IMG/VR virus record: IMGVR_UViG_3300049437_000005
Length of the DNA: 50,462 nucleotides
From: a virus
Strand: one strand, 5' to 3'
The notes under the pieces: generated by a model
The model's database searches: none
What the model was told of the DNA's origin: nothing
What the model saw: the letters and a program-made list of their open reading frames with translations, nothing else
In this document: positions 6,969-15,005 of the stretch, piece after piece
Numbering within the stretch: the stretch's first letter is position 1
Layout of the letters: the number at the start of each line of letters is the position of its first letter
Made by a program: the position numbers and the translations under genes

Positions 6969-7084
6969 ACTATTCAACACTCGCAATCGAAGCGCACGCG
7001 CTTACCCTAGCAGGGCGCAGCGCTTATCTGGCTCGAAATCGTCGCAATCTCTTCTCGTTTATTCTCTCTTTATTTGGAGGGTGA
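6965..7084 (+). CDS. Early micro-protein (39 aa)
   Basis: GAGGG-cgaaACAATG context. ATGA overlap with the upstream stop. Confidence 0.45.
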   Translation: MNYSTLAIEAHALTLAGRSAYLARNRRNLFSFILSLFGG

Positions 7085-7088
7085 AACA

Positions 7089-7268
7089 ATGGACCCGACA
7101 GCATGCCTAGATTTGATACTGTCCGATCTTGTCGAGCGCAACCGGGAGGAAGCTATCGACGGATTGCGCAATCTTGCCGATTGGCTAGAGCGAGGCGGAT
7201 TCTTCCCGACAGTAAAAGCGCGTCTTGAATTCGACCACTTACGAAATGGGAGGGGCGAAGCAAAATAA
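7089..7268 (+). CDS. Early small acidic protein (59 aa)
   Basis: GGAGGG-tgaaACAATG context, 4 nt after the upstream stop. Confidence 0.5.
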   Translation: MDPTACLDLILSDLVERNREEAIDGLRNLADWLERGGFFPTVKARLEFDHLRNGRGEAK

Positions 7269-7325
7269 TCGTTCGCGTATCTTCTCAGTCCGATCTATCA
7301 CAATTTTCAACCGGGAGTATCTACA

Positions 7326-8237
7326 ATGTCGAAACAAAAAACCGTTTTTGATTCTCGCGAAATAGCCCATATTTGGGCGCATAGACTGGCCCACTACGGG
7401 TCAACCGGGTCGCGCGGAAATGTTTCGTTTAATTCCGATGGAATCTATAGCTATTCAACACTGATTGCGCGTTTCGTTGAAAACAAGCGCGGGGAGCGCG
7501 CTTGCGTTTTCAATTCAACGTCGTATTCCAATACGACAGCGAAAACGCAATCGCGCATCTTGCAATCGCTCCCCGATTCTATCCCCGTTTTCCGCATTAG
7601 CGGGCTAGGAATGGGGGAAGGGTTGCGCGACGTAACCGGGTCGCAGTTATTCAATCACGCAATCGAGTGCGCCGCCGGGTGCGCCAGAAAAGCAAAGCGC
7701 GCAAGATGCTACCGGGAATCGTACCTAGCGCATCAAGCGAACCTACTCGAATCGGCGCGGCGCATCAATTCGTTTTTCGGTCTGCGCCGCAAGGTTGACG
7801 AAAAGGCAATCGAGCGTCTTGCGAATATCAAGGCGAGGGAAGAGCGCCGGCAAGCGCGCGAGAGGGCAGAAAAGGAAAGACAATACGCAATCGATAATAA
7901 AGAACGATTGTCTAATTGGCTGGCGGGCGCTCTTGTCGAATTCCCCTATGGGATAAGTAAAGTCTATTTGCGGCAATGCACAACTAGCGCGGGCGATTTT
8001 ATGGAAACGTCGCGAGGGGTGCGCGTACCTATGGAAGATGCGCGGCGGGCGCTGTCGTTTATTTTGAAACATCGAAACGGGGAGGGCTGGCGCAGGAATG
8101 GGCAAGTTTTCCATATTGGAGATTATCAAATCGACAGCGTATCGGAAAACGGAGTCATTGCGGGTTGTCACCACGTTTCATGGGAGGAAATCGAGCGCTT
8201 TGCGGGCGCAATGGGCTGGACAGCTAGCGCCGAATAG
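7326..8237 (+). CDS. Hypothetical protein (303 aa)
   Basis: Long ORF with GGGAG upstream. The N-terminal IAHIWAH...GNVSF...IYSYSTLIA...YSNTTAKTQ pattern recalls a conserved phage/plasmid family of unknown function. Confidence 0.6.
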   Translation: MSKQKTVFDSREIAHIWAHRLAHYGSTGSRGNVSFNSDGIYSYSTLIARFVENKRGERACVFNSTSYSNTTAKTQSRILQSLPDSIPVFRISGLGMGEGLRDVTGSQLFNHAIECAAGCARKAKRARCYRESYLAHQANLLESARRINSFFGLRRKVDEKAIERLANIKAREERRQARERAEKERQYAIDNKERLSNWLAGALVEFPYGISKVYLRQCTTSAGDFMETSRGVRVPMEDARRALSFILKHRNGEGWRRNGQVFHIGDYQIDSVSENGVIAGCHHVSWEEIERFAGAMGWTASAE

Positions 8238-8269
8238 ATCGACAGTGAGAGGGTCGCGAGAGGGTCGCA

Positions 8270-8629
8270 ATGAAACAATCTATCCCGGTTTCCGGGGAGG
8301 GTCTAGCAATGCGGAAAGTCAAGGATTTTGAAGTATCCGATTTGGGAATGGAGAATTCCCAATACTTCCAAGGTTACGGGGTTGCGTTTACTCGTTTCGA
8401 ATATTGCGCCTATGGAATCGGCGATAATCCGCGCGAGGCGCTTGACGATTGCCTAGATCAAATTGCGAGCGCTTGCGACGTTGACACGACAGACCTAGAG
8501 CGCCGCATTATCGCGCTATATCCCGATTTCGCGAAACCGGAAAGCGAATTGCCTAGCGTTTCCGCTGAATACGGGGATGATTGCGAGGATACCTATTATC
8601 ACGTAGGGATTCGCTGGACTGTCGAATAG
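8270..8629 (+). CDS. Hypothetical acidic protein (alternative start 8309)
   Basis: ORF with GAGAGGG upstream of 8270 and GGGGAGGG upstream of 8309. Confidence 0.55.
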   Translation: MKQSIPVSGEGLAMRKVKDFEVSDLGMENSQYFQGYGVAFTRFEYCAYGIGDNPREALDDCLDQIASACDVDTTDLERRIIALYPDFAKPESELPSVSAEYGDDCEDTYYHVGIRWTVE

Positions 8630-8681
8630 ATCGGCGCAGGGTAAGCGAACGAAAACATCGAACCACAACAGGAAAGACACA

Positions 8682-9113
8682 ATGGGAATGATTACTTGGA
8701 ACACTGACGTTAATGCGCCATGTTGCCCCGGTGAAATCATCGGCCCCCGCTATCGCGACGACGAAACCGGGCGCTTTACGAATGATCGGATATTGATACA
8801 GACCGATTGGGACTATCCTGTGACAGCGCGAAGTTTTGGCTGGGATATGCGCACCGTACAGAGTGCGCCATACCGTGAATGCCCACAATGCGGCTACCGG
8901 GAAAACATCGACGATTGCGACGATGAATTCTGCCCCGATTGCCCCGATACGCGCATGGAATTGCACACAAGCGATTGCGAGCATAGAGGGACTGACGGGA
9001 CTGTTGATTGTCCAGAGTGCGGGCTAACCGCTAGCGCGTTTATCAGCGCCGCCGGGGACTGGTTAGATGAAAACGACGGGGCAACAGCGATTGACCCCGG
9101 ATACTTCGGCTAG
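8682..9113 (+). CDS. Cys-rich hypothetical protein with zinc-ribbon-like CxxC pairs
   Basis: CPQCG, CPDCPD and CPECG motifs. 143 aa. Confidence 0.55.
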   Translation: MGMITWNTDVNAPCCPGEIIGPRYRDDETGRFTNDRILIQTDWDYPVTARSFGWDMRTVQSAPYRECPQCGYRENIDDCDDEFCPDCPDTRMELHTSDCEHRGTDGTVDCPECGLTASAFISAAGDWLDENDGATAIDPGYFG

Positions 9114-9155
9114 ATCAATCAGAGTGCGCCAATAAACAGAGAGGGAATAGACAAA

Positions 9156-9440
9156 ATGAGAATCCCGGTTGTCTTTCGACGTTTTCGGGAGGGTGATTTG
9201 GTTGCCCTCTTCCCGACAATCCCAGCCGATAATTCTGGCCGATACTGCGATAGTTTCCAGCATATCGGCCAGCATGGCGGCGCAGATTACAGCGGGCTGA
9301 TTGCCGAGACAGCGCCCGCGCATATATCAGAGTGCGTCGCGCTGATTCGCGAACTAACAAGCGCGCCATACCATTACGACTTGCGCGTTATCAAGAGGGC
9401 AACAGCCAAAATGCACACAGAGAGGGTCAATCAATCGTGA
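9156..9440 (+). CDS. Hypothetical protein (94 aa)
   Basis: GAGAGGG RBS. Preceded by the CAGAGTGCGC box 36 nt upstream. Confidence 0.55.
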   Translation: MRIPVVFRRFREGDLVALFPTIPADNSGRYCDSFQHIGQHGGADYSGLIAETAPAHISECVALIRELTSAPYHYDLRVIKRATAKMHTERVNQS

Positions 9441-10132
9441 GAACTACATTACGCCAGCAAAATGTTATGCTGTCGGTCGAAACCGACAGCGCGATTGTCG
9501 ATTTCGACGATATCCTAGGCGCTACTGAGGTAGTGCCGGATGAATGTTCCCAAGATACGCCTTGGGACAATTGCGACGGATTCGAGCATACGGCGAAACC
9601 GTCGCGCGATCATTGCGATACAAAACGCAAGTCTCGCGGTTGCTGTTTGGATTCCGGCAACCGTCAACACGTCATTATCGAATTGCCGGAAGGGGAGGAT
9701 TATGGCGTTGCTGAATACCATAGCGAGCGCGGTGCGTCGCGGGGAGTCTGCGCCGAAATGGTAAGCATAGCGCGCCAGAAAACGCTCGATCTATTAACCG
9801 GATGGTATGAGAACGGCTGGCAGTATTGGGGCGTCAAGTGCGATTTCGAGCGATTGGGGCAAGACTTCTCAGATTCGATTTGGGGTATCGACGACGACAA
9901 ATATGCCGACGATTTGCGAGAGGAAATTGCGCTTAATGTCGCGAGCCAGCTTGAAATCGCGGGCTACACAGTAACCGGCAAGCCGGTTGCCGAGAAGCGA
10001 TTGACAGCCAAGCGATATACTGTTTGCGTAATCGCAGCCGGAATTACAGAAGGGTACTATCCGCGCTCGCTGTCGGCGCAGGAATGGCGGGAGGAATTCA
10101 AGCGTAACCTTCATTCACAAGACTGGAAATAG
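9437..10132 (+). CDS. Hypothetical protein (GTG start coupled by GTGA overlap; alternative ATG at 9467)
   Basis: In-frame GTG at 9437 overlaps the upstream stop, with GAGAGGG 10 nt upstream. The longer 9332 start would overlap the upstream gene by 109 nt. Confidence 0.5.
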   Translation: MRTTLRQQNVMLSVETDSAIVDFDDILGATEVVPDECSQDTPWDNCDGFEHTAKPSRDHCDTKRKSRGCCLDSGNRQHVIIELPEGEDYGVAEYHSERGASRGVCAEMVSIARQKTLDLLTGWYENGWQYWGVKCDFERLGQDFSDSIWGIDDDKYADDLREEIALNVASQLEIAGYTVTGKPVAEKRLTAKRYTVCVIAAGITEGYYPRSLSAQEWREEFKRNLHSQDWK

Positions 10133-10179
10133 CGCAGAGTGCGCAACCAGTAACGCAACCTAGATCGGAGGGAGTAATC

Positions 10180-10395
10180 TTGTCTCAGATTATCGACAGA
10201 GCGACGGCGCTGAAAATCATTGTCTTGTCATTCGAGAATTCATGCCTTAATGAACTGGCCGAAATTGTTTCCAACATAATGCAAGGCGAAGGCGTAGTTG
10301 TGAGCGACGGACTGCGCGAAAGCGCAGAATACCGAAACGGGGCGAAGGTAGCGGGCAAATCGAAGCGCCGTCGGCGCGACGGTAAACACGAATAG
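10180..10395 (+). CDS. Hypothetical small protein (TTG start)
   Basis: GGAGGGAG RBS upstream of the TTG. The CAGAGTGCGC box lies 45 nt upstream. Confidence 0.5.
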   Translation: MSQIIDRATALKIIVLSFENSCLNELAEIVSNIMQGEGVVVSDGLRESAEYRNGAKVAGKSKRRRRDGKHE

Positions 10396-10431
10396 CAGAG
10401 TTCGCGAACCATTAACAACGGGAGGATAACT

Positions 10432-10716
10432 GTGTACGAGTGCATTATTGACGGTTGCGAGAATCCGCATGGTCCTCGCGGATTGTGCGAGAAGCATTAC
10501 AAGAGGGCTGTACGCGCTGTACGTTGTGGCGATACCACTTGGGATTCACTGGTATCTCAGGGGCTTGCAAAAGAGGCTATGGCGCTTGGGTCGGTCAACG
10601 GACACAAGGGGCCAGAAAAATCCGAACTAGCGTTGCTCTATCGTGGCAACCAGCAACTTATCGACGCGCACCTAGGCAGAGTGCGCGAGAGAATTCTAGG
10701 GAGAATGTCGGCATGA
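10432..10716 (+). CDS. Zn-ribbon protein with CxxxC...RGLCxxHY...W...GLA motif (paralog of 4122..4658)
   Basis: GTG start with GGGAGGA RBS. MYECIIDGCENPHGPRGLCEKHYKRAVRAVRCGDTTWDSLVSQGLA aligns with MKCLNPSCQHEATTRGLCPYCYKAVCVVVRMGGVSWEQMIVKGLA. Confidence 0.6.
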   Translation: MYECIIDGCENPHGPRGLCEKHYKRAVRAVRCGDTTWDSLVSQGLAKEAMALGSVNGHKGPEKSELALLYRGNQQLIDAHLGRVRERILGRMSA

Positions 10717-11393
10717 ATGTTACAACCTACGCAAAACGCGCGATTATCTACACCCGTTTCTCGCCTCGCCCCGACGCCGAAACGTCGCAGTCTTGCGAGA
10801 AACAAGAGGAGCGCTGCCGCGCCTACTGCGAGAGAATGGGCTATCAGGTTATGGGAGTCTGCGCCGACAAAGACATTACGGGCGGAATTCTCGACCGGCC
10901 AAAACTACGCAAGGCTATTCAATTCCTGCGCCCCGGATGGGTACTCGTCATTGACGCAGGCGACAGACTCGCGCGTGATATGCTCGTCGAATTAACGATC
11001 CATGCGGAAGTCGAACGCGCAGAGTGCGCGATTGAATACGCCGATGGTTCGCCGACGCGCTCGACGCCAGAAGGCAACCTATTCCGCAATATGATGGGAG
11101 CGTTCGCGCAGTATGAGCGAGAACGTGTTGTCTTGCGCACAAAGCGCGGCCTGAAGAAGAAGCGCGATAACGGCGAGTGGCAAGGCAAGCCGCCCATTGG
11201 CTATCAATACGACAAGAGAAGCAAGACGCTTATCGAGCATCCCGGCGAGCAGATCGCACTTGCTTATCTTCGGCAGCTACCCGACGAAATGAATTCGGTA
11301 ACGAAGGCTAAATGGGTCACAAGTAAGCACGGCCCTATTCGCGGAAAGCCTTGGAGCGCCAGGACGGTGCGCAAGATTTTGGCTTCACGCTAG
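10713..11393 (+). CDS. Small serine recombinase (resolvase/invertase catalytic domain plus a truncated recombinase-type C-terminus)
   Basis: AIIYTRFSP (catalytic Ser context), DRLARD, FAQYERER, then GKPPIGYQYD...WSARTVRKIL. 226 aa. ATGA overlap with the upstream ORF. Confidence 0.8.
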   Translation: MNVTTYAKRAIIYTRFSPRPDAETSQSCEKQEERCRAYCERMGYQVMGVCADKDITGGILDRPKLRKAIQFLRPGWVLVIDAGDRLARDMLVELTIHAEVERAECAIEYADGSPTRSTPEGNLFRNMMGAFAQYERERVVLRTKRGLKKKRDNGEWQGKPPIGYQYDKRSKTLIEHPGEQIALAYLRQLPDEMNSVTKAKWVTSKHGPIRGKPWSARTVRKILASR

Positions 11394-11499
11394 AACGATT
11401 GTCAGTGAATAGAAACGCGCCTGTAACCATTTCTTATTCACAAAGGCGAGACTACTAGACTTGCCTTCGCATCAATGATCTTTCATCAGAAGGACTAGA

Positions 11500-11898
11500 A
11501 TGCTTTTCCTGCTAACTGATTGCGAGATTGTCACCATCATTAAAGAAGCGAAACGAAATGACGACGGCACACTACGCATACGTATGCCAGCAAACCGGCT
11601 GCAAGATAACGAACAGAGTGCGCCATTGATTCTTGAATTCGACGAATCTGCGCATACTGTATCGCTCGGCAAGCGAAGCGTTCGGCTGTCGAGAAAACAA
11701 TTTCATCTTCTGCGATACGTTTACATGCACGGCAAGGCCGGATACGAGGAACTGCAAGATTGCGTTTGGGATGGTCTTGTGACTGACAATACTATTCGAG
11801 CGACGTTATCAATCATCAACTCGAAGCTGCTTGACGCCGGATTACGAGCGGAATTGATTGCGTTTCGCAGCAAGGTGTCTATCGAGAGAGTTGCGTAG
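11500..11898 (+). CDS. Winged-helix (OmpR/PhoB-type Trans_reg_C-like) DNA-binding protein
   Basis: The C-terminal half VRLSRKQFHLLRYVYMHGKAGYEELQDCVWDG...TIRATLSIINSKL matches the effector-domain pattern. There is no receiver domain. Confidence 0.6.
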   Translation: MLFLLTDCEIVTIIKEAKRNDDGTLRIRMPANRLQDNEQSAPLILEFDESAHTVSLGKRSVRLSRKQFHLLRYVYMHGKAGYEELQDCVWDGLVTDNTIRATLSIINSKLLDAGLRAELIAFRSKVSIERVA

Positions 11899-11926
11899 CC
11901 TTACTATATAATACGTTCTCTTGCCG

Positions 11927-11948
11927 CCCGCTTCTCAGCGGGTTTTTT
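11927..11948 (+). terminator. Rho-independent terminator
   Basis: CCCGC-ttctca-GCGGG followed by TTTTTT, 29 nt after the stop of 11500..11898. Confidence 0.75.
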
Positions 11949-12071
11949 GTTGCGCATAGTGCGCCTTCTATTAGCAAGGAATCTATTGCTGTGAGCAAAA
12001 GCCCTCGAAGCATAATCGAGTTATCACTTGTCGATTGATTCACTTGTTTATCGCTTCGCCGGGAGAAAATC

Positions 12072-12263
12072 GTGAACCGCAAAGTCTGGATTATCTGCGA
12101 ACTAACGGAAGATTTCTGCATCGGAACAGTCGGACAGATTCTCGCAGACAGGCCGTTGAAAGACGGTTTGTTTGAAGCGGTTCAGGCAGTCGTTAAGGAA
12201 ATGGTCGCCGACGACAACTTCGACGTTGATTCCATCGAATTCACGATTGAGATTCGCAACTAA
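12072..12263 (+). CDS. Hypothetical small acidic protein (GTG start)
   Basis: GGGAGA lies 5 nt upstream of the GTG. Confidence 0.5.
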   Translation: MNRKVWIICELTEDFCIGTVGQILADRPLKDGLFEAVQAVVKEMVADDNFDVDSIEFTIEIRN

Positions 12264-12344
12264 CAGAGTGCGCGGCGGGCGAGGGAAAAGTCTCATCGCT
12301 GCCCCGCCCGTCGCCGCTCGCCAGAATAACTCACAGAGAGAATC

Positions 12345-13139
12345 ATGGCCTTTAATCTCGCTTCCATCACTAACGAAACCCGGCTTCGCGCACCTAGAAT
12401 CATTCTTCTCGGCGTCGAGAAGATCGGCAAGAGCAGCTTCGCGGCTGGCTCCGACCGGCCAATCTTCATCCCGGTAAGGGGCGAAGAGGGAATCGACGGC
12501 ATCGCCGTTCCGCAATACCCGACGTGCAAGACATTCGACGATGTTATGTCTTGCCTGTACTCACTCTATACAGAGAAGCATGAGTTCGGAACGTCGGTCA
12601 TCGACTCCTCTTCGACTCTTCAGCCGATCATCTTTGAGGAGATTTGCAGGAAGAACGGCAACGTCGATTCCATCGAGAAGGCTTGCGGAGGATACGGCAA
12701 GGGCTACGTCGAAGCGCTGTCGTACTGGCGTCGAATCACCGAAGCGCTGGATGCCCTACGCAATGATCGAGGTATGGCTTCGATCATCATTGGACACGTC
12801 ACCGTCAAGCGGTTCGACGATCCATGCGGCGAGAGCTACGACCAGTATCAATTCGACCTGCACGATGGCAAAAGTTCGAGCGCCGTACAACTCTTGTTCC
12901 GTTGGGCCGACGTTATTCTCTTCTGCAATACGAAAGTCATTGTCAGGAAAGAGGAAGTCGGCTTCAAGGGCGAGAAGCATCAAGGCGTCGATATCGGAAA
13001 CGGCGCTCGCTTTCTCTACACGCAGAAGCGACCGGCTCATCCTGGCGGCGGGCGCGGCGTCTATGGCCGACTCCCATACGAGTTGCCTTTGAACTTCGGT
13101 TCGTTCATGGATGCCGTTCAAGCGGCATCGAAACAATAG
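12345..13139 (+). CDS. AAA_24 / Sak4-like RecA-family ATPase (recombination)
   Basis: Walker A ILLGVEKIGKSSF. The size and overall pattern are typical of phage Sak4-like ATPases. It is followed by a DUF669-type SSB-like gene. Confidence 0.7.
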   Translation: MAFNLASITNETRLRAPRIILLGVEKIGKSSFAAGSDRPIFIPVRGEEGIDGIAVPQYPTCKTFDDVMSCLYSLYTEKHEFGTSVIDSSSTLQPIIFEEICRKNGNVDSIEKACGGYGKGYVEALSYWRRITEALDALRNDRGMASIIIGHVTVKRFDDPCGESYDQYQFDLHDGKSSSAVQLLFRWADVILFCNTKVIVRKEEVGFKGEKHQGVDIGNGARFLYTQKRPAHPGGGRGVYGRLPYELPLNFGSFMDAVQAASKQ

Positions 13140-13175
13140 CGCAGGAAGCAACACCCCGGAAGAGAGGTTTTTGAA

Positions 13176-13667
13176 ATGAAGGTTGGCGACATTGTAACGA
13201 TGTTCGACGTTTCGTATTCGATGATTCTCAAGGATGGTCGGTTTGTCAATACTCGCAATGGAAGCGGGTTATCCGGTATGAATCACGGCCTTGAGAAGTT
13301 GAAGTTCCGCGTCGTCGGCTTCGGTACATTCCCGTTCGATCCCGGCGTAAGCGGTTGCGGTAGTGCTAACGACGCAATGCTACAAGACGTAGCGAGCGGC
13401 ACTTACTACGTTTCGCATCAACGATTCCTCCGTAATTACATCGAACCGCCGACCATCGCGCAGGAAATCATGGCCGAGTACGAGCGGGCTACGAAGATTC
13501 ACGGCCCGATGAACGGCCCGCATGAAGCGTATGCCGTTATCAAGGAAGAGTTCGACGAGTTTTGGGATGAAGTCAAGGCGAAGAATCTTGATAAGGTCAA
13601 GGCACGGAAGGAACTGATTCAAGTCGCGGCGATGTGCGCCCGCGCGATTCACGATCTGAAGTTGTGA
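13176..13667 (+). CDS. Protein with a C-terminal MazG-like NTP pyrophosphohydrolase domain
   Basis: HEAYAVIKEEFDEFWDEVK...ELIQVAAMCARAI resembles the MazG/all-alpha NTP-PPase EExxE helix pair. The N-terminal ~90 aa are unassigned. Confidence 0.55.
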   Translation: MKVGDIVTMFDVSYSMILKDGRFVNTRNGSGLSGMNHGLEKLKFRVVGFGTFPFDPGVSGCGSANDAMLQDVASGTYYVSHQRFLRNYIEPPTIAQEIMAEYERATKIHGPMNGPHEAYAVIKEEFDEFWDEVKAKNLDKVKARKELIQVAAMCARAIHDLKL

Positions 13668-13806
13668 ACCATGCGAACGATCTTGTTTTGGATTGTCAAA
13701 AACGTACCGCTCGGCAGACTCGCGCCTTGGGTACTCGGTTTAGCGCTTGGCAGAATGCCGCGCCGGATTAAGTAGGAAGCAACACCCTTTGAAAGAGAGG
13801 TTTCTA

Positions 13807-14439
13807 GTGAGCGACTTGCAGAACATTTTTGGTCAGGGATTCGATACCGGGTCGGTCGAACCACAAGCCGACTTCGAGGTTATCCCGCCCGGCGACGTGC
13901 CGGTTCTCATCGAGAAGGCTGAAGTCAAGCAGACGAAAGCCAATACAGGCTACTACATAGCATTGACTCTCGACGTGATCGACGGCCCGCACAAGGGTCG
14001 GAAGTTGTTCGACAACATCAACATCGCCAACCAGAATAAGCAATGTGAGGAAATCGGTAGGAGAACCCTCGCTGCCCTCGGGCAGTCCATCGGCGTTCCG
14101 TTCATCCAAGACTGCTCGCAGCTTATCAACCGGGCCTGCATCGCTGCCGTCAAGGTCAAGGATGGCGACAACCAGATTCGTACCTACAAGCCGATGGGCG
14201 GCGTTCCTGCGCAGCCAGCGTACAACACGGCTGTCGCCTCGCAAGGCGCTGTCATGCCGACGACGCAGTATCAACCGCCCCAACAGCCGCAGCAGCAGTA
14301 CGCGGCCCCGCAGCAGCCTCAACAGGCTTATCAGCCGCCGACGCAGCCGCAGTACCATCCGCCGATGCAGCAGCAGCCGCAATACGCCGCGCCCGCAGCC
14401 CCGACCGGCCAGCCTACGCCCCCTTGGGTTCGCCGGTAG
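13807..14439 (+). CDS. DUF669-type phage ssDNA-binding-like protein with a Q/P-rich C-terminal tail
   Basis: GTG start with GAAAGAGAGG RBS. FEVIPPGDVPVLIEKAEVKQTKANTGYYIALTLDVIDGPHKGRKLFDNINI matches the DUF669 pattern that accompanies Sak4 ATPases. Confidence 0.65.
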   Translation: MSDLQNIFGQGFDTGSVEPQADFEVIPPGDVPVLIEKAEVKQTKANTGYYIALTLDVIDGPHKGRKLFDNINIANQNKQCEEIGRRTLAALGQSIGVPFIQDCSQLINRACIAAVKVKDGDNQIRTYKPMGGVPAQPAYNTAVASQGAVMPTTQYQPPQQPQQQYAAPQQPQQAYQPPTQPQYHPPMQQQPQYAAPAAPTGQPTPPWVRR

Positions 14440-14564
14440 TGAACGAGAAGGATCGGTAGCCGGGGCAGTGATGCCAATTACGGAGTAATCGTATGGAACT
14501 TTTCATTAGTAGGGCGGCACACAAAGCCCTGAGACTGATCTTCAAACCGAAAGAGAGTACCAAC

Positions 14565-14807
14565 ATGGCGAAACCCCAAGTCACCGACGTTGATTTCGTG
14601 AAAGCCTGCGTCAACAGTAAGACCGCCGAAGCCGTCGCTTCCGCGACCGGCCTGAAGCACTCGACCGTCCTCTCCCGCGCCGCCAAGCTGCGAAAGGCGG
14701 GCGTCAATCTCCCCGAATTCGATCGCGCCAAGAAGGTCCTGGACGTGAAGGCGCTGAATGCCCTCATCCCAGCCGCGCCGCCGCCCGCGAATCCGATGCT
14801 GAAGTAG
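14565..14807 (+). CDS. Small putative HTH DNA-binding protein (80 aa)
   Basis: Internal ATG with AAAGAGAG upstream. TAEAVASATGLKHSTVLSRAAKLRKAG is helix-turn-helix-like. Confidence 0.45.
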   Translation: MAKPQVTDVDFVKACVNSKTAEAVASATGLKHSTVLSRAAKLRKAGVNLPEFDRAKKVLDVKALNALIPAAPPPANPMLK

Positions 14808-15005
14808 CGAGTTGTTCCGTTGAGAAGGTCGAGCGAGTTGGGGCGAAGTCGGAAATCTACCCGCCGCCCGCAAGGCTCGTTCAATGCTCGAAAGGATGCG
14901 AGCAAAGCGCGCTCTCTTCTGCTGGTTGATAGCCGGGGGAAGTAAACCAGCCTAACCCGGCGATAAGAGAGCAGCTTTGTTCGCACCCTAACCTCGGAGA
15001 ATGAA

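Larger units (their letters stand above)
8859..12273 (+). repeat. Dispersed strand-specific motif CAGAGTGCGC (7 exact copies plus variants)
   Basis: Exact copies start at 8859, 9120, 10135, 10677, 11020, 11614 and 12264. One-mismatch copies are at 9013, 9328, 10396 and 11955. Dyad-extended GCGCAGAGTGCGC is at 10132-10144 and 11017-11029. Confidence 0.85.

Noticed and set aside
8234-10166. Recurrent TAGATC at gene ends (about 8234, 8626, 9111 and 10160).
   Set aside because: The motif is only 6 nt, and the TAG is often the stop codon itself. Four occurrences in AT-neutral DNA are not clearly beyond chance. It may simply be part of the intergenic context of the stronger CAGAGTGCGC signal.
13671-13775. 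A 34-codon hydrophobic ORF (MRTILFWIVKNVPLGRLAPWVLGLALGRMPRRIK) between the MazG-like and DUF669 genes.
   Set aside because: No Shine-Dalgarno sequence lies upstream. Its 3' end is part of the duplicated leader box. Support is insufficient.
13804-14382. Long antisense ORFs opposite confident genes. Examples: 13804..14382(-), 14414..14986(-), 15072..15647(-), 45973..46755(+), 46985..47596(+), 34455..35114(+), 33555..33989(+), 3384..3893(+), 187..510(+).
   Set aside because: They lie entirely within or opposite genes that have motifs, RBSs and operon context. They have Arg/Ser/Leu-rich, low-information translations typical of shadow ORFs in GC-biased DNA. They lack ribosome-binding sites.
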